DNA from: Candidatus Bathyarchaeota archaeon
GTDB lineage: Archaea > Thermoproteota > Bathyarchaeia > Bathyarchaeales > Bathycorpusculaceae
Assembly: GCA_963739305.1 (NCBI GenBank)
Contig: CAVTZU010000010.1
Coordinates: 32,001 to 96,000 of the forward strand
DNA length: 64,000 nucleotides
Direction: 5' to 3'
Below the pieces are notes generated by a model. It worked only from the letters and a program-made list of their open reading frames with translations, did not search any database and was not told the DNA's origin. This document shows, one piece after another, positions 10,272-20,196 of the stretch. Both the position numbers and the translations under genes were made by a program. How positions within the stretch are numbered: the stretch's first letter is position 1; every line of letters starts with the position of its first letter.

Positions 10272-11028
10272 AGAGATCCTCCCTACCTGAGATCAACAGC
10301 TCTTTGATGCCACTTTTTTCAACAGAGCTTACCGAACTGTCCAGCCCTCTGATAATCACGACTGGAGTACCTTCAGCACCTTGCCCCATGAGCAGCTCCG
10401 CGGCTGCTGCTATCTCATCGACAACCGCCACATTTTTCACTTTCAAAACGTTCCCGAAAAGATCCTTTCTTCCACGATAATCCCTGAACAGGCCCAAACC
10501 AGCAACACCGATTGCATAATTCACCTGCCCTCGCCTGAACGGACGACTGTACGTGTCACAAATAACAACTGCCACTTTCTTCCCTGTGAGCCTCCGCATT
10601 TCAACTCGACACTCTTCCGCAGACCTATCGGGGTTTTCAGGCAGCATCGCATAGTTCAAGGCGCCTTTGATGTTGGACTTGTCAATCCCGGCGTTGATAG
10701 AAACCAAACCCCGCTTGTCCTGAACTATCAAGATACCACGAGAAGCCTTCAAGACTTTTCTTGTTTCCTTCAGAACAAGTTCCAAAAACCTTGCATCTTT
10801 TCCGGTAACTTTCGCAAGTCTCTTTGCCTTTCGTGATGGAACAACATCCTTCAATCTCAGAACTCTCATCTCGGCCTTCGAAACAATCTTCTGCGCGATT
10901 ACGATTACATCACGATCTTGAAGGCTAAGACCGTTCCTCTTTGATACATTGACGATTGTTTCTGCGACGTTGTCTCCTGCTTTGATCATAGGAAAGCCTT
11001 CCAGGCCATACGCGACAAAGCTCTGCAA
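10255..11028 (-). CDS. cofE: Coenzyme F420-0:L-glutamate ligase
   Basis: IAQKIVSKAE, NAGIDKSN, LPENPD, DTYSRPFRRG, D(L)FG, DEIAAAAELLMGQ, PVVIIRG and DLF motifs. Confidence 0.9.
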   Translation of the reverse strand: MQSFVAYGLEGFPMIKAGDNVAETIVNVSKRNGLSLQDRDVIVIAQKIVSKAEMRVLRLKDVVPSRKAKRLAKVTGKDARFLELVLKETRKVLKASRGILIVQDKRGLVSINAGIDKSNIKGALNYAMLPENPDRSAEECRVEMRRLTGKKVAVVICDTYSRPFRRGQVNYAIGVAGLGLFRDYRGRKDLFGNVLKVKNVAVVDEIAAAAELLMGQGAEGTPVVIIRGLDSSVSSVEKSGIKELLISGREDLFKGVL

Positions 11029-11282
11029 CGATTTCCCTCTCTTGATTCACATCTTAATTCTTCAGCTCGTTAAATCTCTTATCCGCCGGGATTTGGAAGA
11101 AAACGGCTCTCGGTTCAAAAAGCTTATTATATAGTAAGATACAATATACACTCCTAGGGCAGTGAAGCCAGCGCAACCAGAGTTTCCGAAGATTGCAAAG
11201 TTTGATTCTGAATTCATAATGCTTAAGCACGTTCAACCCAGAGGGATAAACCAAACTCAATTCAAAAATGGGACGTTCGATT

Positions 11283-14237
11283 ATGAAAAAACAACTCGTC
11301 TTGATTATCATCTTACTTACCATCTTCATCAGTTCTCTAGGCGTCGGTTATAGAAATCTCCCATTGGCCCACGCGACATACGTTGAGGGAACAATTACCC
11401 AAGACACGATCTGGACCCTCGTCGACAGCCCATTCATATTGTCAAACAACGTTATCGTTAGCCCGACGGCAACGTTAACGATTGAACCTGGCGTTCAGGT
11501 AAGGTTCGGAGGGGAATTTTCAATGATAATCAACGGACAGATCATCGCAAATGGAACAGATGATAAGACGATCCTCTTCACTACAAACGATCCAACTCAG
11601 AGTATGTTTTGGAATACGATAACGATTACGGGTTCTCGACAATCCCTGTTCTCTAACTGCATAGTCGAATTTGCTTCAAACGGAACCACGTTGGAGGGCG
11701 GTAACGTCAACATTCAGAAAAGCACTTTCAGAAACAACCTTAACAACGGAATTGCCGTCCGCAGCGGCACGATTGCGATACAAGACAGCAACCTCGTCGA
11801 CAACATGGGAAACGCGATAACCATAGATGGCAACGGCCAAGTTGACGTACGTTCAAACACCATTCAATCAAACAAGAAGGGAGTATTCTTGTCAAGTCAA
11901 GCATCAGGCGCCATATTGGTTTTTCAAAACAATATTTCTAACAACACAGAAGTCGGAGTGGCACTTGAGACAAACACTTTCGCCAATACTGTTATCACAG
12001 AAAACAATGTTTTCTCCAACGGATTTGGGTTCAGCATCACGGCCAACTCCAGCACTTACCTAACTCGCAACTACGTTGCAAACAACACAATTGGATTCTA
12101 CTACGCAGGAAAAGGCAATCATCTCGTGGATTTCAACGACATCTTCGATAATGGAGTCGGCATGGACGCAGAGTCAAGCCAAGGAGGCATGCCATTCGTG
12201 AACGCGGCACATAACTTCTGGGGTGACAGAACCGGACCAGAACATGATTCGTTGAGTCCATATGCAAAGGGCAACTCAGTGGTGAGCAACGGAACGAACA
12301 TCGACTTTCTCCCATTCTTGACACACCCATTTGATTACAGCAATAATCCGCCTACCGCAGTCTTGTGGACCGACAAGCTTCTAGTCGCACCTCACCAAAC
12401 CATCACGTTCGTAGGAACAGAGTCACAGGATGATGGAAGCGTCTGGCAATACCTTTTTGACTTCAATGACAGCGTAACCAGCGGTTGGACGACTCTGTCG
12501 CTCTTTAACCACACTTACTCATCACCAGGAACCTACACGGCTAGCCTACTGGTTCAGGACGACGCTGGAAGCAGCAGTTCACTAGTCTCCACAACGATAA
12601 ACGTCCAAGACCTCATCCCTCTGCAAACCACGGTCTACCTCGCTGATTCCACTATTCCATTCAACGGAAGAACAAACGTTACAGCGTTCGTTTCAACTGC
12701 AGGAGGCCCCCTAGCGAATGCGCAAGTCACAATGCTCTCAGTAAGAGGCGGAACTTTCGAGCCGCAGACAGGCGTGACAGATCAGAACGGCTATTTCACC
12801 ACCACATTCACGGCACCGAACGTGACGCAGGCCACGGACGTGAGAATAATCGCCAGAGCATCGATGACGGGTTATGCCGATGGATCCGACTATCAGTACA
12901 TCAAAGTATTGCCGCCGCTCGAAATCCAAATATTGCCAACAGAAACTGCGATCTGGTCTGAAGGTACGACCACGGTGAACATAAGAGTCACCGACCCCTT
13001 GGGAGAACCAATTGCAAACGCTAGCCTATCGTTGTCTTGCACGAACGGCAGTCTGTCGGCTACCGCTACAAACACGGACTCGCTTGGCACGGCGACCTTC
13101 AACTACACGGCCCCCTTCACTATGAGCCAGATGAATGTGACGTTAACGGTCACAGCAACTAAGAGTGAATTTGCGGACACACAAACAGAAACATATCTTC
13201 TCATAAACCCGAAAACGATGGTTCTCGAAATCACCGCCACGCCAAACCCAGTGTTCTCAGATGACGCCACAACCATTGCCGTTCACGCTACTTTCGACTC
13301 AACCCCAGTCTCAAACGCAACCATAACTGTGGCTTCCGATCAAGGAGGCAACTTCTCTCAAACGACCTTGCTAACGGACACCGCAGGCTTCGCAAGGTTC
13401 GCCTACACGACCCCTCTGACTTCAGCGTCAGACGGAATCAACGCTACAATAACGGCGACAGCTGTGAAAGCTGGTTTCTTGGACGCCCAAAATCAATTCA
13501 TACTAACAGTGAAACCAAAAGAGATGTCACTTGACATACTTCCTTCATCGAACACAACCTATTCCGGCGCACTCCTAAACGTCACAGTCAGCGTAACTTA
13601 CAACATGACATCAGTGAGGGACGCGATCGTCTCAATCGCAGCATCGAACGGAACCTTCTCCCCGACTACTATGATAACCGACCAGAACGGAGATGCCACT
13701 TTCAACTTCACTGCACCCCAAGTGGACACATCCTCGAACGTGACTTTCTCGCTGACTGCAACAAAAGATGGATATCTTGAAGCTACGACTCAGTTCGAGT
13801 TCACTGTTAATCCAAGAACCTTTGCCCTCCAAATAACCCCGGCAGCCATAAACTCAGGACAGGATGAGCCTATCACTCTGCACGTAACTTGCAACGAAGA
13901 TAGAAGCTTTGTAGAGGCGGCGCTGGTCACAATCTCATACGCGGGCCACAAGCCCTTGTCCAACGTGACAGACGTCAACGGATTATGCACGTTCGTCATA
14001 AATGTTCCACAAACGCCGGAAAATCAAGTTAACATCACTGTGACCGCCAGCAGAAGTGGTTACCAATCGAAACAGGTGACTATGCAATTGAACGCTCTGC
14101 CTAGCGAAGGTGGTCTACCGTGGTTAACCATACTTCTCTTGGTGATTCCGATAGTGATCGTCGCAGTGATTGCGGTGCTCATCAAGATGAAAGTGATCGT
14201 TGTTTCCAGCAAAGATGACGAAACAGGGTCCGAGTAA
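11283..14237 (+). CDS. Secreted, C-terminally anchored adhesin-like protein: parallel beta-helix, PKD domain and several Ig-like (Big_1/invasin-type) repeats
   Basis: Signal peptide; GTITQDTIWT...LTIEPGV and Asn-ladder repeats; NFWG..GP; PKD-like YLFDFND...HTYSSPGTY; repeated TD(Q/S/T)xGxxxFx(F/Y)TxP units; TM helix plus charged tail. Confidence 0.75.
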   Translation: MKKQLVLIIILLTIFISSLGVGYRNLPLAHATYVEGTITQDTIWTLVDSPFILSNNVIVSPTATLTIEPGVQVRFGGEFSMIINGQIIANGTDDKTILFTTNDPTQSMFWNTITITGSRQSLFSNCIVEFASNGTTLEGGNVNIQKSTFRNNLNNGIAVRSGTIAIQDSNLVDNMGNAITIDGNGQVDVRSNTIQSNKKGVFLSSQASGAILVFQNNISNNTEVGVALETNTFANTVITENNVFSNGFGFSITANSSTYLTRNYVANNTIGFYYAGKGNHLVDFNDIFDNGVGMDAESSQGGMPFVNAAHNFWGDRTGPEHDSLSPYAKGNSVVSNGTNIDFLPFLTHPFDYSNNPPTAVLWTDKLLVAPHQTITFVGTESQDDGSVWQYLFDFNDSVTSGWTTLSLFNHTYSSPGTYTASLLVQDDAGSSSSLVSTTINVQDLIPLQTTVYLADSTIPFNGRTNVTAFVSTAGGPLANAQVTMLSVRGGTFEPQTGVTDQNGYFTTTFTAPNVTQATDVRIIARASMTGYADGSDYQYIKVLPPLEIQILPTETAIWSEGTTTVNIRVTDPLGEPIANASLSLSCTNGSLSATATNTDSLGTATFNYTAPFTMSQMNVTLTVTATKSEFADTQTETYLLINPKTMVLEITATPNPVFSDDATTIAVHATFDSTPVSNATITVASDQGGNFSQTTLLTDTAGFARFAYTTPLTSASDGINATITATAVKAGFLDAQNQFILTVKPKEMSLDILPSSNTTYSGALLNVTVSVTYNMTSVRDAIVSIAASNGTFSPTTMITDQNGDATFNFTAPQVDTSSNVTFSLTATKDGYLEATTQFEFTVNPRTFALQITPAAINSGQDEPITLHVTCNEDRSFVEAALVTISYAGHKPLSNVTDVNGLCTFVINVPQTPENQVNITVTASRSGYQSKQVTMQLNALPSEGGLPWLTILLLVIPIVIVAVIAVLIKMKVIVVSSKDDETGSE

Positions 14238-14246
14238 GGTCTCGTG

Positions 14247-14263
14247 AGACGTAATATTTAATA
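14247..14263 (+). promoter_or_regulatory. BRE-TATA promoter of the pilus operon
   Basis: AGACGTAA-TATTTAATA about 40 nt before ATG 14305; AGGAG SD; palindrome GTCTCgtGAGAC (14239-14250) overlaps the BRE. Confidence 0.5.
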
Positions 14264-14304
14264 GACTCCGTACATATCAACATTAATGGAACAGGAGAAC
14301 AACA

Positions 14305-15933
14305 ATGACACAGTTGAGGCTCAAAGGAAAACTTGCAAAGCTCAAAACGGTAAAGGTAAGATTCAAGTTTGGAAAGAAAGAGAAAGCCGTAGTCCCCCCT
14401 CCACCGCCAAAGCCCTTGCCCAGAGGATTCAAAGTTGTCGAGAAATATCCGTTGTACGAACCCTTCGCCCACGTAGCCATTGCACAAAGCCCCAAAACGG
14501 GAGAGCATAAGTACATTCTAGACGAACTGCAGCTGGACCCTCTTGAGAGAAGCGTGTACCACAGAATTCTGGAGATATTGTTGGCCGAAATAGAATCGCC
14601 AAAGGAGGAAATACTTGACCCTAGAAGATTCTTTGCCGATGAAGCAAAGAAAATCGTCGACAAATACAGAATCAGTCTCGGCTGGCTGCCAGACGTATCA
14701 TGGTACAAAATCCTATATCACGCCGAAAGAGACTTGGTCGGATTCGGTCAGATCGACCCATTAATGCGAGACCCGAACATCGAAGATATTTCTTGTGACG
14801 GTGTAACCAGACCCGTCTACATATGGCACAGAAATTTCGAAAGTATAGAAACAAACATCGAATTCGGGACAGACGAGGAACTTGACAACATGGTTGTTAA
14901 GCTTGTGCACATGGCGGGAAAGCACGTGAGCTCAGCTTTTCCGATCGTCGACGCCTCGTTACCCGGAAAACACAGGCTTGCAGTCTGTTACAGACGTGAA
15001 ATCACTCCCTTCGGCACCGCCTTCACGATCAGAAAATTCAGAGAGGACCCATATTCAATAATCGACCTGATCAACATAGGAACTTTTTCTGAAGAAATGG
15101 CAGCCTATTTCTGGCAATGTCTAGAGCATCGAGCTTCTATCATGGTTCTAGGAGGCACAGCTGCAGGAAAAACCACTGCACTGAACGCTCTTGCGTGCCT
15201 AATCAGACCCGGAAGCAAGATCATCACGATTGAAGAGACAGCAGAACTCAACTTGCCGCATGACAACTGGGTTTCGCTTATCGCAAGACAGAGTTACGGC
15301 TTGGGCGGAGATAGCACTGGTGAAGTCCCACTGTTCGACTTGGTCAAAACCTCCATGAGACATCGCCCTGACATACTAATAGTAGGTGAGGTTAGGGGTC
15401 AAGAAGCGTACGTACTCTTCCAAGCTTTGGCCACAGGTCACGGCGGCATGTGCACCATGCACGCTGAAAACCTAGATTCAGCAATCAAGCGTTTAACTCA
15501 AAAACCGATGGACATCTCACCCGCTTATGTTCCATTGATGAACATCGTCCTATCGATACAAAGAGTTCACCTCATCAAGAACAACGAGAGAAAAGCATAC
15601 AGACGAGTGATGAACGTTAACGAAATCGCAGATTATGAAGATTACAGAAACGTTTTCAAATGGAATCCAGCCAAAGATGAACAAATCCTCACGTTTGACA
15701 AAAGCGTCATGCTCTCAGGGATCTCTGAAAAACTTGGAACAAGCAAAAAAGACCTGCTTGCCGAAATCGACAGACGAAAGACCGTGCTCCACTGGATGCG
15801 GGAACACAACATAAGAAGCTACAAGGACGTAGCCGCGATTATCGCAGAATACTCCGCAAGACCCAAACAAATCTACGAAAAAGTTCTCGCAGGAGAAGAG
15901 GTCAAAACATATGCAGTTTCTAGAGACTCTTGA
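14305..15933 (+). CDS. Type IV pilus assembly ATPase (VirB11/TadA/ArlI family)
   Basis: Walker A GGTAAGKTT, Asp box TIEETAEL, Walker B ILIVGEVRG, His box TGHGGMCTMHA; IEDISCDG; FTIRKF. Confidence 0.95.
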   Translation: MTQLRLKGKLAKLKTVKVRFKFGKKEKAVVPPPPPKPLPRGFKVVEKYPLYEPFAHVAIAQSPKTGEHKYILDELQLDPLERSVYHRILEILLAEIESPKEEILDPRRFFADEAKKIVDKYRISLGWLPDVSWYKILYHAERDLVGFGQIDPLMRDPNIEDISCDGVTRPVYIWHRNFESIETNIEFGTDEELDNMVVKLVHMAGKHVSSAFPIVDASLPGKHRLAVCYRREITPFGTAFTIRKFREDPYSIIDLINIGTFSEEMAAYFWQCLEHRASIMVLGGTAAGKTTALNALACLIRPGSKIITIEETAELNLPHDNWVSLIARQSYGLGGDSTGEVPLFDLVKTSMRHRPDILIVGEVRGQEAYVLFQALATGHGGMCTMHAENLDSAIKRLTQKPMDISPAYVPLMNIVLSIQRVHLIKNNERKAYRRVMNVNEIADYEDYRNVFKWNPAKDEQILTFDKSVMLSGISEKLGTSKKDLLAEIDRRKTVLHWMREHNIRSYKDVAAIIAEYSARPKQIYEKVLAGEEVKTYAVSRDS

Positions 15934-17584
15934 AGCTTGGTCCTTCCGCATCTTCGGAAAGGCAGCACCATCGTTTCTAAAGAACGTCTTTGAATTCAAA
16001 GGCTACCTTGAACGCGCAAGGATCAAGATCTACGCAGAAACCTACGTATCACTGATGCTTTTCGCAGCGGTCCTAACGATACCCATATCTGCAATTGCGA
16101 TTGCGATTATACTTCTCACAGGCTTCATTCCACTAGTATTCTTGATACCCATGCCGCTCTTCGTAATGATCGGGTTTCTCCTTGTTCCAATGTCCAGGGC
16201 CGGCGAAAGAGCATCCAACTTAGAACGAGAGATGCCATTTGCAGCGGCGTACATCAGCGTCATGGCTTCCGGAGGAATAGCCCCGTACACCAGTTTCAAA
16301 CGACTCTCTGAGGTCGACCTGCTACCGGTCATGAAAAACGAAGCAAGGGAAATCATAAAAGACGTCGAAATCTTCGGCATCGACCCACTGACAGCGATTG
16401 AACAGGCAGCAAAGAAAAACCCCCTGGACATCTTCAAAGACTTCCTCTCAGGATACGCGTCTACCGTGATAATCGGCGGAGACATAGGGCACTTCTTAGA
16501 AAGAAAGGCTGAGGACATTTTCAAAGCTCGCGCCATGCGTGTCAAAGCGGCAGCCGAGAGGCTTGGAATGCTCTTGGAGACTTTCATAATAGTCAACGTC
16601 ATGATGTCACTTGTTTTCTACATAATGTTCAGCGTTGAAAACATAGGTGTAAGCGGAAGCGGGGGCGGATCCACGTCAATGATACTTATGTACACGTATC
16701 TTCTAAGTCCGCTTCTCTCGGTGGTCTTCGTCTACCTTGCGCACAGCATGCAGCCAAAAACACCTTTAACGGACATGCGTCCTTACAAATTGTTTGCCGT
16801 AAGCGCCGCAATCGGCCTAGTACTGTTCGTTCTCCTTTACATCGTTAGAATCCTCGGATCACTCGTGGATCCTCCTTTGGCTCTGACCATAGCTCTGTTC
16901 GTCGCCACTGCACCGCCAGCGATATTGTACCAAAGACTCTCAACCTACAGAACACAGACTGAAGAAGGAATAAACAGTTTCCTCAGAGACTTGACCGAAG
17001 TCAGAAAGACTGGTTTGTCGCCCGAAAAATGCATCGAAAGTCTTTCACACCGCGAATACGGAGTCTTCACTAAAGAACTGCGCAAGATAAGCTCAGAGAT
17101 TTCCTGGGGAATCCCAGTCAGAAAGGTAATTATGGATTTCCTAAAAAGGACAAAAAGCTGGATGACACAGATCGTAATGTTCCTGCTGGTCGAAACTGTC
17201 GATGTCGGTGGCGGCACTATCGCAATGATTGAATCGTTGGCAGGCTTCAACAACCTTACTCAAGAGGTTGAAAAAGAGAAGAAAGCTTCAGTACGTCCCT
17301 ACATCATCATGCCCTACTTCGCATCTCTGCTTCTGGTAGCAACCACAACGATGATGCTAGGATTCACGACCAGCACCTTCGGCATCGGCAGCGCAACCCC
17401 AAAGAACATGGACGAAGTAAAAGATGTGTTCAATACTTCAACGATTTTCTACAGCTTTATGATTGGCATAGTGGCGGGTAAGATCAGCGAAGAATCCATC
17501 GCCGCAGGCTTCAAACATGCTTCAATTCTAGTGTTGATGTCGTTCTTGGCTATTAAACTGGTCCCAATGTTCCTACACATCTAA
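15911..17584 (+). CDS. Type IV pilus membrane platform protein (TadC/ArlJ, two T2SSF domains)
   Basis: Two cytoplasmic T2SSF repeats (EREMPFA...MASGG; INSFLRDL.E...TG), multiple TM helices, C-terminal GKISEES..AGFKH. Confidence 0.9.
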   Translation: MQFLETLEAWSFRIFGKAAPSFLKNVFEFKGYLERARIKIYAETYVSLMLFAAVLTIPISAIAIAIILLTGFIPLVFLIPMPLFVMIGFLLVPMSRAGERASNLEREMPFAAAYISVMASGGIAPYTSFKRLSEVDLLPVMKNEAREIIKDVEIFGIDPLTAIEQAAKKNPLDIFKDFLSGYASTVIIGGDIGHFLERKAEDIFKARAMRVKAAAERLGMLLETFIIVNVMMSLVFYIMFSVENIGVSGSGGGSTSMILMYTYLLSPLLSVVFVYLAHSMQPKTPLTDMRPYKLFAVSAAIGLVLFVLLYIVRILGSLVDPPLALTIALFVATAPPAILYQRLSTYRTQTEEGINSFLRDLTEVRKTGLSPEKCIESLSHREYGVFTKELRKISSEISWGIPVRKVIMDFLKRTKSWMTQIVMFLLVETVDVGGGTIAMIESLAGFNNLTQEVEKEKKASVRPYIIMPYFASLLLVATTTMMLGFTTSTFGIGSATPKNMDEVKDVFNTSTIFYSFMIGIVAGKISEESIAAGFKHASILVLMSFLAIKLVPMFLHI

Positions 17585-17596
17585 CAGGGAGCAAAA

Positions 17597-18439
17597 ATGA
17601 AAGCTGGCAGACATATAACAAGGAACTTACGAAAAGACAGGAGAGCCATTAGTCCAGCCATCTCTACGGTCATACTCACAAGCGCCGTCATAGTCATGAT
17701 TTTGGTGACGGTGACATTCGCAAACAATTACCTTTCGCAACGCATTGCGGAGAACGAATTCAGTGCTATGAAGCAATTCATGCAAACAATCGGACTTCAA
17801 CTTGACGACGTGGCTTGGACGATTGGACGCACTCAAACGGTGCGCTATGCAAGCACGTATGGACAAGTGAACTTTGAATCACCGGCCCTAAACTACACGG
17901 TCTACGTCGATAATGTGGTAGTCGCCAACTTCAGCACAGGCGTGCTTCTCTTCAACATGCCAATGAGCAGATACAACCTTGGCAGCGGGTACACAGAACG
18001 GATATTCCCGGCAAGTCAATCTTTTCTGCAGCAGGGAACTTCGGCGCCTGTTGACCAGATTTTCATTATCGAAATCGTGCCAATGAAAGACGGAAACTAC
18101 ATCAGAATCGTGATGGCTCCCTCAATAAGAATGCTGAACTCGACGATAACGAGTAAAGGAACAACCCAGAATTACTACAATTTCTATCTCCCAATCCTTG
18201 AGCTAGGAAGCGCTCCACGTGTGTCTCAAACTGTTACGCTTGAAGGAATAACTCTCAACGCAAAGACAAAGGGAGTTGGAACCGCAGTCAAAGTGACTGT
18301 GGACTTTCCGATAGGTAACTTGGGGTTTGACAATTCATTCTTCAATTTCGCTCATCTTGAGGAAGACGTCAGTGTCCCAAGTGGATCGATTCTGCAGTTT
18401 TACACGAGTGAGGTGAGACTGTCCCTAGGATTGGCCTGA
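17597..18439 (+). CDS. Pilin-like protein with class III signal peptide
   Basis: Basic leader ...RKDRRA|ISPAISTVILTSAVIV; AGGGAG SD. Confidence 0.8.
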   Translation: MKAGRHITRNLRKDRRAISPAISTVILTSAVIVMILVTVTFANNYLSQRIAENEFSAMKQFMQTIGLQLDDVAWTIGRTQTVRYASTYGQVNFESPALNYTVYVDNVVVANFSTGVLLFNMPMSRYNLGSGYTERIFPASQSFLQQGTSAPVDQIFIIEIVPMKDGNYIRIVMAPSIRMLNSTITSKGTTQNYYNFYLPILELGSAPRVSQTVTLEGITLNAKTKGVGTAVKVTVDFPIGNLGFDNSFFNFAHLEEDVSVPSGSILQFYTSEVRLSLGLA

Positions 18440-18460
18440 GGGACTGAGGAGGAAAATTGA

Positions 18461-18946
18461 ATGCCCCACATAACCATCGAGTACATGATCATGATTCCGA
18501 TGCTGATAATGCAGATTTTCCTTTTTCCACTGACTGCTAGCTTGATAATGAACACGTGGGTTGATTCGCGCAGAACCCTCGCGCTGCAAGACGTAGCAGG
18601 ACATCTGGCCAGCACAATGCAACAGTTGTACTTCTCACTTAATCACGCAAGCATTCCTGTGGGAAAGGCCTCCTACGCTCCGGGGCTCCCACCTCTGATT
18701 GAAGACTACAGTTACGTTGCAAGCGGAACGTTGCGGCCAGTTTCAGGCCCTGGGCCAGACTTCACCAAAGTCATAGATCTAGTAGTTTCGCTTTCTGGGA
18801 CAAAAAACTCTGTTACGACAGCTGTGGTACTTGGACCAAACTTGGTCTGGCAGCCATCTCTTTTCCTAAGCAACTCCACTCGTGCAAGCGTCACTGCTGA
18901 GAAGACGATGAACGGAAACGTAGTCAACTATAACCTTGAGGTTTGA
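18461..18946 (+). CDS. Minor pilin-like protein (no basic leader)
   Basis: MPHITIEYMIMIPMLIM: hydrophobic N-terminal helix with Glu at a pilin +5-like position; GAGGAGG SD; lies inside the pilus operon. Confidence 0.6.
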   Translation: MPHITIEYMIMIPMLIMQIFLFPLTASLIMNTWVDSRRTLALQDVAGHLASTMQQLYFSLNHASIPVGKASYAPGLPPLIEDYSYVASGTLRPVSGPGPDFTKVIDLVVSLSGTKNSVTTAVVLGPNLVWQPSLFLSNSTRASVTAEKTMNGNVVNYNLEV

Positions 18947-18965
18947 TTCATAACGGGGATGAAGA

Positions 18966-20195
18966 ATGGCAGCATCAACAATTGACCACATGGTCGCCCT
19001 AACAGTTTTCCTAGGAGCGCTGTTGCTCTTCATAACGCTATTCAACCAGACGATACAGACAGCGGTTTTGTATCAACAACACAAAATCATCGCATCGAAA
19101 TGCACAGATTTGCTGGACAATGTTCTTCTCAGCCCTGGGTATCCGACCTATTGGGGATCGAGCAACTCCACACCCACCAGCTTCGGACTTCAGGACCCGG
19201 AGTTCACACAGTACCGGGTCAGCCCTTTCTCCCTGATGCGTCTGAATTCGCTTACAGGTTCGCCGATATACTATCCAAAGACTGGCCAGACCTACAGTAA
19301 CATAACAATGGGGTTTGGCAACTTCTTGTTCGTCCCTTACAGTGAAGTAATCAATTATTCAACCGTTTCAATGCTGCTTGGAACCAATAACACATACGGT
19401 TTTCAGATGAACCTAGTCCCAATAGTTAACGTGTCAATCTCGGAGAGACAGTCTTCAAACCCCTTGATCGTCAGCGTAAACGTCACTGGAAAAGGCTTCC
19501 CGCTCATGAATGCCAACCTTACCTACTGTTTCCTAACCGTCTCATTACAAGGCGGTGGAAGCTATCCATCATACACTCCGTCCTACGGGAGCGCATACAC
19601 AGACGAAAAAGGCACGGCGTTTCTATCGTTCCCCACAGTCACGGATCCCAACACTTCGTACGGTTTGATAGTCTATGCCCACATCAGCGGCCTAACAGGC
19701 ATAGGATACAGCCAACGGGTCTCATCAGACCAGCAGTACGTTATTCCGTTGATAGAAGATTTCAATGCAAGAACCGTCATCCTCGCGCACAGCTACGACG
19801 TGCATTATCTCGGACCTCCAGAAGCGGAAATATCGTACAACGCAACTTTCGTTTTGCTGACCGAAGACTTCACGCTCCGTGAAATGCCGATCGATAACTC
19901 CACGGGCAAAATCGGCAAGGTCAACTACGGTAACGGACAACCTTACGATGAGGTCACGATACCGACAGACAACCCGGGAATTCTAGTGATCAGCTATAGA
20001 AAAAGCGCCAATGAAGGAGGCATAATACTCATGCCATGGGGTGTAAGCGCGATGGCGTTCCAAGTAACATTTGGAGCAGATATGAACGGGAAAGAATGGG
20101 TATCTACAGACATACGTGAAGTCACAGTCAACAACGTCGCCTATCAAGCAAGCCTCGCCGTGTGGGATCTAAAGGGTTACCAGGTGAAAGGCTAA
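18966..20195 (+). CDS. Minor pilin-like protein (no basic leader)
   Basis: MAASTIDHMVALTVFLGALLLFI with an acidic +5 residue; LLSPGYPTYW and FGL motifs; operon position. Confidence 0.6.
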   Translation: MAASTIDHMVALTVFLGALLLFITLFNQTIQTAVLYQQHKIIASKCTDLLDNVLLSPGYPTYWGSSNSTPTSFGLQDPEFTQYRVSPFSLMRLNSLTGSPIYYPKTGQTYSNITMGFGNFLFVPYSEVINYSTVSMLLGTNNTYGFQMNLVPIVNVSISERQSSNPLIVSVNVTGKGFPLMNANLTYCFLTVSLQGGGSYPSYTPSYGSAYTDEKGTAFLSFPTVTDPNTSYGLIVYAHISGLTGIGYSQRVSSDQQYVIPLIEDFNARTVILAHSYDVHYLGPPEAEISYNATFVLLTEDFTLREMPIDNSTGKIGKVNYGNGQPYDEVTIPTDNPGILVISYRKSANEGGIILMPWGVSAMAFQVTFGADMNGKEWVSTDIREVTVNNVAYQASLAVWDLKGYQVKG

Positions 20196-20196
20196 C

